Shown in pieces: positions 52,903-64,000 of a DNA stretch of 64,000 bases. A program made the translations under genes and the position numbers. Within the stretch, counting starts at the first letter, position 1. Each line of letters starts with the position of its first letter. Source of the stretch: Salibaculum sp. (GTDB taxonomy: Bacteria; Pseudomonadota; Alphaproteobacteria; Rhodobacterales; Rhodobacteraceae). The notes under the pieces are model-generated. The model was given only the letters and a program-made list of their open reading frames with translations. It was not told the origin of the DNA and did not search any database. Location: the NCBI RefSeq assembly GCF_031581025.1, contig NZ_JAVLCA010000009.1. One strand, 5' to 3'.

Positions 52903-53775
52903 ATGACCGAGATCATCCAGACATTCGCCGACATCTCCGACAATTACGACGTGGCGTTCGTCGATCTCTGGGGCTGCATGCACGATGGCGTGCAGGCCTT
53001 TCCAGAGGCGGTGGCCGCCATGCAGGGGTTCCGCGCGCGCGGCGGCAAGGTGGTCCTTGTGACCAACGCTCCGCGGGCCCGTGGCCCCGTCGAACACCAG
53101 ATCAGAGGCCTGGGCATCCCCGAAGACGCCTGGGACAGCATCGCCACCAGTGGCGACAGCGCCCGCGCGGCGATGTTCAGCGGCGCCGTGGGCCGCAAGG
53201 TCTGGTTCATGGGCGAAGAGCACGACTGGTCCTTCTTCGAGCCACTGCAGATCATCGAAGACCCGGTCGAGATCGAGGTGGTCGAGCTGGACGAGGCCGA
53301 GGGGATCGTCTGCTGCGGGCCGTTCGATCCGCATGCGGACCCGGCGGTCAACCGGCCGCAGTTCCTCTATGCCAAGCAGAAGGGCCTGAAACTGCTCTGC
53401 GCCAATCCCGACATGGTGGTGGACCGCGGCGGTGCGCGGGAATGGTGCGCCGGTGCGCTGGCCGCGCTATATACCGAGATGAGCGGCGAGAGCCTTTACT
53501 TCGGCAAGCCGCATCCGCCCATCTACGATCTGGCCCGGCGCCGCCACGCGGCCCTGCCGGGGGCCATCGACGCGCCCCGCATCATTGCCATCGGCGACGG
53601 GATTCGCACCGATATCCTGGGCGCCCAGCAAGAGGATATCGACAGCCTCTTCATCACCGGCGGGCTGGCCGCGAAAGAGACCAAGACCGGCGACGCCCCG
53701 GACCCCGAGGCCCTGAAGGCCTATGCGGAACGGGAGATGGTGCAGCCGACCCATGCGATCGGCTTCTTGCGATAA
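52903..53775 (+). CDS. HAD-superfamily hydrolase, class IIA (TIGR01459-like)
   Basis: DLWGCMH motif I, VTNAPR, CANPD, GKPH.PIY, IGD...TDI. Confidence 0.9.
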   Translation: MTEIIQTFADISDNYDVAFVDLWGCMHDGVQAFPEAVAAMQGFRARGGKVVLVTNAPRARGPVEHQIRGLGIPEDAWDSIATSGDSARAAMFSGAVGRKVWFMGEEHDWSFFEPLQIIEDPVEIEVVELDEAEGIVCCGPFDPHADPAVNRPQFLYAKQKGLKLLCANPDMVVDRGGAREWCAGALAALYTEMSGESLYFGKPHPPIYDLARRRHAALPGAIDAPRIIAIGDGIRTDILGAQQEDIDSLFITGGLAAKETKTGDAPDPEALKAYAEREMVQPTHAIGFLR

Positions 53776-53776
53776 G

Positions 53777-53798
53777 GAAAATTCTCCCTTGAATTTTC
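53777..53798. promoter_or_regulatory. perfect inverted repeat upstream of the MaoC-like gene
   Basis: GAAAATTC-TCCCTT-GAATTTTC. Confidence 0.45.
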
Positions 53799-53868
53799 TG
53801 CGTTTGCGAAGTAACAAAATTTCACACCACGACAAGTGGGGGATGTTTTGTTGCCCGAGGAACGCGAA

Positions 53869-54312
53869 ATGCTCGACAACCTGCCGCGCGGAACGATCTG
53901 CATCGAGGATATCGAGATCGGCATGGTCCGGTCGCTGTCCAAGACCATCACCGACCAGGACATCGAGATGTTCGCGGCCGTCTCGACCGACCACAACCCG
54001 GTACACCTCGACGATGCCTATGCCCGCGACACGATCTTCGAGGGGCGCATCGCCCACGGGATGCTGACCGCTGGCCTTGTCTCGGCGGTGATCGGGGAAC
54101 AGCTGCCCGGGCACGGCACGGTCTACCTTGGCCAGACGATGAAATTTCTCGGCCCCGTCCGCCCCGGAGATCGCGTGACCGCCGAGGTCGAGGTGACCGA
54201 GATCGAACCGGGAAAGCGCCGGGTCACCCTGGACACCCGATGCCTTGTCGCGGGCAAGAAGGTCGTGACCGGCGAGGCCAAGGTCCTGGCCCCGTCGGCC
54301 AAGTTCGACTGA
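53869..54312 (+). CDS. MaoC family (R)-enoyl-CoA hydratase (PhaJ-like)
   Basis: D.NPVHLD..YA..T.F.GRIAHGML hydratase-2 motif, PG.G..YLGQ...F..PV; GAGG RBS. Confidence 0.9.
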   Translation: MLDNLPRGTICIEDIEIGMVRSLSKTITDQDIEMFAAVSTDHNPVHLDDAYARDTIFEGRIAHGMLTAGLVSAVIGEQLPGHGTVYLGQTMKFLGPVRPGDRVTAEVEVTEIEPGKRRVTLDTRCLVAGKKVVTGEAKVLAPSAKFD

Positions 54313-54374
54313 CGTCGTTACCAAGGGCAAAGCGCCGCCTTGCCTCTGCCGTCGCACCGCGCTACCCGTCGCCC

Positions 54375-55301
54375 ATGCGCATCACCCGCGACATAGATTT
54401 CGTTCCGCCCGAGGACAAAGGCGCCTCGGTGGCGATCGGCAATTTCGACGGGGTCCACCTGGGCCACCAGGCGGTGATCGACCTTGCGCGTCGCGAGGAC
54501 GCACCGCTGGGCGTGCTCACCTTCGAGCCGCACCCCCGCGAGGTGCTACGCCCCGAAACCCCGCCCTTTCGGCTGATGAATGCCGAGACCCGCGCACACC
54601 GGCTGGAAAAGATCGGGGTGGACCATCTGTACGAACTGCCCTTCACCGCGGCCATTTCCGAGCTGACCGACCGCGGCTTTGCCGAACAGATCCTGCGCGA
54701 CAGTCTCGGGGTGGCCCATGTGGTGGTGGGCGAGGACTTCTGCTTCGGCAAGGGCCGAACGGGGAATGCCGCGGGCCTTCAGCGCTACGGTGCCGAAATG
54801 GGATTCGGCGTCACCATCGCCCCGATGCTGCGCACCGCCTCGGGGGCGGCCTCCTCCACCGCGATCCGCACCGCCCTAGGCGATGGCAAGCCGCGTGTGG
54901 CGGCCGAGATGCTGGGCCATTGGCACCGCATCGACGGCCCGGTGATCCAGGGCGACCAGCGCGGCCGCGACCTGGGCTATCCCACCGCCAACATGTCCAT
55001 AGACGGGCTGCACCCGCCGAAATTCGGCGTCTACGCCGTGCTGGTCGAGGTTCTGGATGGCCCCCACATGGGGCGCTATCAGGGCGCCGCCTCGATCGGG
55101 GTGAAGCCGACCTTCGGCGTCAACCGGGCCAATTGCGAGACATTCCTGTTCGATTTCGCAGGCGACCTCTACGGCGCGCATCTGAGTGTCGCACTGGTGG
55201 ATTTCCTGCGCGGCGAAGACTCCTTCGACGGGGTCGAGGCCCTGATTGCCCAGATGGACGCCGACTGCGCCCGCGCCAGGGACATCCTTGCCCATGTCTG
55301 A
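54375..55301 (+). CDS. ribF: bifunctional riboflavin kinase / FAD synthetase
   Basis: IGNFDGVHLGHQ, VGEDF.FGKGR, SSTAIR, GYPTAN, GVYAV, E.FLFDF.GDLYG. Confidence 0.97.
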   Translation: MRITRDIDFVPPEDKGASVAIGNFDGVHLGHQAVIDLARREDAPLGVLTFEPHPREVLRPETPPFRLMNAETRAHRLEKIGVDHLYELPFTAAISELTDRGFAEQILRDSLGVAHVVVGEDFCFGKGRTGNAAGLQRYGAEMGFGVTIAPMLRTASGAASSTAIRTALGDGKPRVAAEMLGHWHRIDGPVIQGDQRGRDLGYPTANMSIDGLHPPKFGVYAVLVEVLDGPHMGRYQGAASIGVKPTFGVNRANCETFLFDFAGDLYGAHLSVALVDFLRGEDSFDGVEALIAQMDADCARARDILAHV

Positions 55302-55764
55302 TCCGATCAAGCGCGACGGGCTGCGGCGCGAATTCTGGTCGCGCGTGCCGATGCACAAGATGACCGGTGCCGAATGGGAGGCGCTTTGCGACGGCTGCGG
55401 CAAGTGCTGCCTGAACAAGCTGGAGGACGCCGACACCGGCGAGGTCGCCCTGACCCGCGTCGCCTGCCGCCTGCTGGACGACAGCACCTGCCGCTGCACC
55501 CAGTATGACATCCGCCACCAGTTCGTCCCCGATTGCATCCGCCTCACGCCGGAGACCATCAAGCAGCACATGTACTGGCTGCCCCGGACCTGCGCCTATC
55601 GACTGGTCTACGAGGGGCGCGACCTGTTTCACTGGCATCCGCTGATCTCGGGCGATCCGCAGACGGTCCACGATTCCGGCGTCTCGGTGCAGGATCTGAC
55701 GGTCAGCGAATTCGAAACCCCCGACGAAGACTGGGAAGACCACATCATCGAGGAGCCGCTTTAG
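55294..55764 (+). CDS. YcgN family cysteine-cluster protein
   Basis: EWEALCDGCGKCCL.KL, AC.LLD...C.C..Y, PDC, WLP.TCAY. Confidence 0.92.
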   Translation: MSDPIKRDGLRREFWSRVPMHKMTGAEWEALCDGCGKCCLNKLEDADTGEVALTRVACRLLDDSTCRCTQYDIRHQFVPDCIRLTPETIKQHMYWLPRTCAYRLVYEGRDLFHWHPLISGDPQTVHDSGVSVQDLTVSEFETPDEDWEDHIIEEPL

Positions 55765-56814
55765 ATGTTCTTTGCCTCAGACAACGGCGGCCCCGCCCAC
55801 CCTTCGGTGATCGAGGCCCTGTCGCGCGCCAACGACGGCCATACCAGCGCCTATGGCGTGGAACCGGGCATGGAACGCGTGCGTGACCGCCTGCGCGAGA
55901 TTTTCGAGGCGCCGCAGGCCGCCGTCTATCTTGTCGCCACGGGCACGGCGGCCAATGCGCTGGCGCTGGCCACGATGTCGCGCCCCTGGGAGACGGTGTT
56001 CTGCACCGCGATGGCCCATATCAACGAGGACGAGTGCAACGCGCCCGAATTCTATTCCGGCGGTGCCAAGCTGACCCTTGTGGGCGACAAGAACGCCAAG
56101 ATGGACCCGAACGCCCTGCACGCGGCGATTGCCGCCGAAGAAAGCCGCGGCGTCCATGGGCCCCAGCGCGGGCCGGTTTCGATCACCAACGCAACCGAAA
56201 AGGGCACCGTCTACACACCGGCAGAGATTGCCGCGCTGACAGGTGTGGCCCGCGAATTCGGGCTTCAGACCCATCTCGACGGGGCGCGCTTTGCCAATGC
56301 GCTGGTTTCTCTGGACTGCACCCCGGCGGAAATGACCTGGAAGGCGGGCGTCGATGCGGTCAGTTTCGGCGGCACCAAGAACGGGCTGATGGGGGCCGAG
56401 GCGGTGATCCTGTTCGATCCCGAGACCGCCTGGGAGTTCGAGTTGCGCCGCAAGCGCGGGGCGCATCTCTTTTCCAAGCATCGCTACCTGTCAGCCCAGA
56501 TGGAGGCCTATCTCGCCGACGACCTCTGGCTCGAGATGGCGCGCCGCGCGAATGCGACCTGCGCGCATCTCGCCGAAGGCATGCGACAGCAAGACAGCGT
56601 TGAATTCCTGCACGAACCGGCCGCGAACATCATATTCGCACGCTTTCCGCGCCGCCTGCACAAGCGGCTGCTGGAGGCCGGGGCCTATTACTACATCTGG
56701 GACGGCGACCCGGACGCGGGCGACCCGGAGGAACCGCTGACCGGGCGCCTCGTCTGCGACTGGTCCATCGGCACCGAAGGCGCGGATGCCTTCCTGTCGG
56801 CCATGCGGGGCTAG
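55765..56814 (+). CDS. low-specificity L-threonine aldolase family (PLP)
   Basis: FASDN, TGTAANAL, HLDGARFANA, SFGGTKNG (PLP Lys). Confidence 0.92.
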   Translation: MFFASDNGGPAHPSVIEALSRANDGHTSAYGVEPGMERVRDRLREIFEAPQAAVYLVATGTAANALALATMSRPWETVFCTAMAHINEDECNAPEFYSGGAKLTLVGDKNAKMDPNALHAAIAAEESRGVHGPQRGPVSITNATEKGTVYTPAEIAALTGVAREFGLQTHLDGARFANALVSLDCTPAEMTWKAGVDAVSFGGTKNGLMGAEAVILFDPETAWEFELRRKRGAHLFSKHRYLSAQMEAYLADDLWLEMARRANATCAHLAEGMRQQDSVEFLHEPAANIIFARFPRRLHKRLLEAGAYYYIWDGDPDAGDPEEPLTGRLVCDWSIGTEGADAFLSAMRG

Positions 56815-57407
56815 AGCTTGCCCGCCAGGTGCAGGTCAAGGTCGTCCAGCCGGTCCTGGCCCCAGAACAGCTCGTCCCCGACGGCATAGAAGGGCGAACC
56901 GAAAACGCCCCGCGCGACGGCCTCTTCAAGGTTGGCAGCATAGGGCTCGGCCCCGCTCAGAAGCCCGCTGTCAGCCAGCCCCGGATCGAAACCCGCCTGC
57001 GCCAACGCCGCGCGGATCACGCCATCATCGGCCACGTCCTTTTCCTCGGCCCAGCAGGCGCGCAGGATCGCATGGACCAGTCCGCCCAGATCGCCGCCTC
57101 CGGCACTCTGCGCGGCGATGATCGCATAGGACGACGGCGCCGGGTTGGCCGGGAAATGCGCGGGCTTGAGGGTGATCGGCAGTCCGGCCTTCACGGCCGA
57201 CCGGCGCATGTCCTGCAAGCGGTAATCCTGCCGGTTAGGGTGGCGCTCGCCCGGGGGCGTGCCGCCGGTGCGCGCGAACAGCGCCATGATGTCGAGCGGC
57301 TTGTAGGCCACCGTCGCGCCATGCCGCGCGGCAATCTCTTCCACCCGGGTGCCCGCCAGGTAGGTGAAGGGCGAGATCGTCGTGAAATAGTAATCAATCT
57401 GCGGCAT
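56811..57407 (-). CDS. 2-hydroxychromene-2-carboxylate isomerase / DsbA-like GST-kappa family protein
   Basis: IDYYF...SPFTY, GVFGSPFY.V..ELFWGQDR. Confidence 0.9.
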   Translation of the reverse strand: MPQIDYYFTTISPFTYLAGTRVEEIAARHGATVAYKPLDIMALFARTGGTPPGERHPNRQDYRLQDMRRSAVKAGLPITLKPAHFPANPAPSSYAIIAAQSAGGGDLGGLVHAILRACWAEEKDVADDGVIRAALAQAGFDPGLADSGLLSGAEPYAANLEEAVARGVFGSPFYAVGDELFWGQDRLDDLDLHLAGKL

Positions 57408-57501
57408 TTGCCCCGCGCCTTCCCATGGTTTCTTTGCCCGAGGTTAGACCCATGCTAAGCGGTGTCAACGTCACGAATCTGTCACCTCGGGGTCCTGCCA
57501 C

Positions 57502-58518
57502 ATGCCGAATATCGTCGAGCCCAAGCTTATCTCGGGCAATGCCAACATGCCGCTTGCCCAGTCCGTCGCCCGACGGATGTCCATGCATCGCGGGATCAAC
57601 GTCGGGCTGGTCGATGCCCGGGTCGAACGGTTCAACGACGGCGAGATCTTCGTCGAGGTCTTCGAGAACGTCCGCGGCGAGGACATGTTCGTCATCCAGC
57701 CCACCTCGAACCCCGCCAACGACAACCTGATGGAACTGCTGATCATCTGCGACGCCCTGCGCCGATCCTCGGCCAGCCGCATCACGGCGGTGATCCCGTA
57801 TTTCGGCTATGCCCGCCAGGATCGCCGCACCAAGGCCCGCACGCCGATTTCGGCCAAGCTGGTCGCGAACATGCTGGTCGAGGCCGGGGTGGAACGCATC
57901 CTGACCATGGACCTGCACGCGGCCCAGATCCAGGGTTTCTTCGATATCCCTGTCGACAACCTCTATGCCAGCCCGATCTTCGCCCTGGACATCCAGCACA
58001 ATTTCAAGGGCGCCGAGGATGTCATGGTGGTCAGCCCCGACGTGGGCGGCGTGGCCCGCGCGCGCGAATTGGCCCAGAGGATTAATGCGCCGCTGGCCAT
58101 CGTCGACAAGCGCCGCGAGAAACCCGGCGAAATCGCCGAGATGACCGTCATCGGCGACGTGCGCGGCAAGAAATGCATCATCGTGGATGACATCTGCGAT
58201 ACCGCAGGAACCCTGTGCAAGGCCGCCGAAGTGCTGACGGAACATGGTGCCACCGAGGTGCATTCCTATATCACCCATGGCGTCCTCTCGGGCCCGGCCG
58301 TCGAGCGGATCACCAATTCGGTGATGAAGTCGCTGGTCATCACCGACAGCATCCAGGCCACCAAGTCAGTGATGGATTGCCCCAATATCCGCACCGTGCC
58401 CACCGCGCCGATGTTCGCCCAGGCGATCCTGAACATCTGGAACGGGACCAGCGTGTCCTCGCTTTTCGATCACGAAACGCTGACGCCGATCTACGAAGGC
58501 ATGTACACGATGCTCTGA
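57502..58518 (+). CDS. prs: ribose-phosphate pyrophosphokinase
   Basis: [44 protein letters not shown]. Confidence 0.98.
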   Translation: MPNIVEPKLISGNANMPLAQSVARRMSMHRGINVGLVDARVERFNDGEIFVEVFENVRGEDMFVIQPTSNPANDNLMELLIICDALRRSSASRITAVIPYFGYARQDRRTKARTPISAKLVANMLVEAGVERILTMDLHAAQIQGFFDIPVDNLYASPIFALDIQHNFKGAEDVMVVSPDVGGVARARELAQRINAPLAIVDKRREKPGEIAEMTVIGDVRGKKCIIVDDICDTAGTLCKAAEVLTEHGATEVHSYITHGVLSGPAVERITNSVMKSLVITDSIQATKSVMDCPNIRTVPTAPMFAQAILNIWNGTSVSSLFDHETLTPIYEGMYTML

Positions 58519-58550
58519 TCCCGGGCGTCGAACCACGTCGGCCTTTCGTC

Positions 58551-58572
58551 CGCGCCGCGTCGACGCGGCGCG
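58551..58572. other. perfect 22-bp GC-rich palindrome between convergent prs and atpC
   Basis: CGCGCCGCGTCGACGCGGCGCG equals its own reverse complement. Confidence 0.7.
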
Positions 58573-58599
58573 AGTCGGCCAGTTAAACCGGATTGCGGC

Positions 58600-59040
58600 C
58601 TAGAGGTCTGGGCGTTTGGGGCTCAACCCGATATAATCGCCGATGGCCACCATGTCGGAAAGCAGCTTGGCCGCGTCATCGACCGGCCCCGGCTCGTTCT
58701 GGAAGGCTTCCCGGACTTGGTCGTAGGCCCTTTGCGCCTCGTCGACGAGGCGCTCGTAGACCTCTTGGGTCATCTCGCCGCGCGGCAGGGCCTTCTCGGC
58801 CAGCACCGTGATTCCGTCGGAGTTGATCTCGGCAAAGCCGCCCGAGACGACGTAATCGTCCGACCCGCCGCGGTGGGTGACCGTCAGCAGCCCCGGCCGC
58901 AGCGTGGTGATGGTCGGGGCATGATCGGCCATGGCCGTCATGTCCCCGTCCGCGCCGGGGATGCGCACCTCGGTCGCCTCGAGCTGCGCAAGGCGCCGCT
59001 CGGGGCTGACGAGGTCGAAGTGAAGCGCGTCGTTTGCCAT
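58600..59040 (-). CDS. atpC: F1 ATP synthase epsilon subunit
   Basis: [32 protein letters not shown]. Confidence 0.95.
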   Translation of the reverse strand: MANDALHFDLVSPERRLAQLEATEVRIPGADGDMTAMADHAPTITTLRPGLLTVTHRGGSDDYVVSGGFAEINSDGITVLAEKALPRGEMTQEVYERLVDEAQRAYDQVREAFQNEPGPVDDAAKLLSDMVAIGDYIGLSPKRPDL

Positions 59041-59049
59041 GAGGGCTCC

Positions 59050-61369
<2,320 letters not shown>

Positions 61370-61404
61370 AAGCCTGTCTCCTTTCCGGTTCGGTTCAAGT
61401 CAGA

Positions 61405-62942
<1,538 letters not shown>

Positions 62943-62943
<1 letters not shown>

Positions 62944-63509
62944 TACCGGGCCTCTTTCATGGTGTTCTGGAGTGCGGCGAGCTTGGACTTGATCGAGGTA
63001 TCGATCATCTTCGAGCCCACCTTGACTACAAGACCGCCGATGAGGCTCTCATCGACGGTCGCATTTATCCGGACGTCGGCACCGACACGCTCTTTCAGCA
63101 TCTTGGCCAGCGCGTCGGACTGTTTCTGGGTCAGCGCCTTGGCCGAAGCAACGTCGGCGGTCACCTCGCCCTTTTCCTCGGCCAGCATGGCGCGCAGGGC
63201 CGACAGCATCTGCGGCACGACGAAAAGGCGGCGCTTGTCGGCCATCAGGGCCAGCGTGTTGGTCATCGTGTCCGACAGCGACATCTTCTTCGCGATGGCG
63301 GCGATCGCCTTGCCCTGAACGGCGCGCGAATGGATCGGCGAAGCGATCAGGGTGCGCAGGTCGGCGCTGTCACCCAATGCAGCCGAGAGCGCGTCGATGT
63401 CGGTTTCGAGGGTCTGCAGGCCCTTGGCGCCCCCCTCCTTGCTGAGGTCAAAGACGGCTGTGGCATAGCGCTGCGCGATGCCGGTCGAGATCGAAGCTGG
63501 TTCGGACAC
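62943..63509 (-). CDS. atpH: F1 ATP synthase delta subunit
   Basis: IA.RYA.A.F, V....D..LIGG.VV.VGS.MID.S..SKL; GTG 63509 after GAAGGG. Confidence 0.96.
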
Positions 63510-63619
63510 GTCCACCCTTCCGATTTCCTGGCCCGCACGGACCACCCGTCAGAATGTCGGGGGTGTGAAGGCGGCGAGACTTGCCCGAGCAGGATGCAGC
63601 GGGCGCGAGATCAGGGCGG

Positions 63620-63648
63620 GATGTAGCAGAGGGTTTTTGGTGGGGCAA
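63620..63648 (-). promoter_or_regulatory. candidate atpH operon promoter
   Basis: Minus strand TTGCCC-N17-TACATC. Confidence 0.45.
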
Positions 63649-63806
63649 CCTTCTTGCGCGGCTTTTCAGACGGGGCCAAAGCGGCCTCTGCAAAAGGTCT
63701 GCGCGGGGTGCGACGGTTTGCACCATCTCCGGGGCCTTGCGCCGGTCGTCGGCGGCACACGATCGTATGCTGCCGTGAGCGCGCGGGCGCAGACGATTCC
63801 CCCGGA

Positions 63807-64000
63807 TCAGCCAAGGCCGATCCACCGCCCCGAGGCCCCGGCGGGCTGCGGGCTGCCGTCGAGCACCGGCAGTGGGCGGCGCACCCGTTCGGCCAGCCCC
63901 GGCCCCGAGGGCGCGATCACCTGCTTGCTGGCCTCGACGATCAGCACACCGCCCGCCGCGAAAACCGGTAGATGGCGTCCGGCCGCCTCCAGCACCCGAC
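63807..64000 (-). CDS. 3' end of a gene entering from beyond the window, probably a class I SAM methyltransferase
   Basis: Open frame ...LEAAGRHLPVFAAGGVLIVEASKQVIAPSGPGL...; identity inferred from the C-terminal pattern and recalled synteny upstream of atpH; catalytic part not visible. Confidence 0.5.
   Translation of the reverse strand, partial: RVLEAAGRHLPVFAAGGVLIVEASKQVIAPSGPGLAERVRRPLPVLDGSPQPAGASGRWIGLG

Overview
Core-chromosome segment of a high-GC alphaproteobacterium; gene order and content point to Rhodobacterales (inference). It holds about 67 CDSs, mostly housekeeping: hisD (partial), murA, rimO, aspS, carB, tdk, proC, lgt, trxB, purEK, groESL, ppaC, ribF, prs and the atpHAGDC F1 operon. 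There are two tRNAs (Thr-GGT, Gly-TCC). I see no integrase, transposase, prophage, CRISPR array or recognisable defence system. Regulatory signals read directly from the sequence include a CIRCE at groES, a sigma32-type promoter plus ROSE-like hairpin at hsp20, a CtrA-like box and several intergenic repeats. No complete new multi-gene system is provable here. The best leads are: (1) an EPS-type MarR winged-helix domain fused to a Sat-CysC sulfate-activating enzyme, with an internal RBS+ATG and an upstream palindrome; (2) an orphan response regulator whose C-terminus looks like a His-less pseudo-HPt, behind a CtrA-like box; (3) an orphan DmdA/GcvT-family demethylase behind a perfect 20-bp tandem repeat; (4) two copies of a REP-like intergenic element. 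All family assignments come from motif recognition and recall, not database searches.
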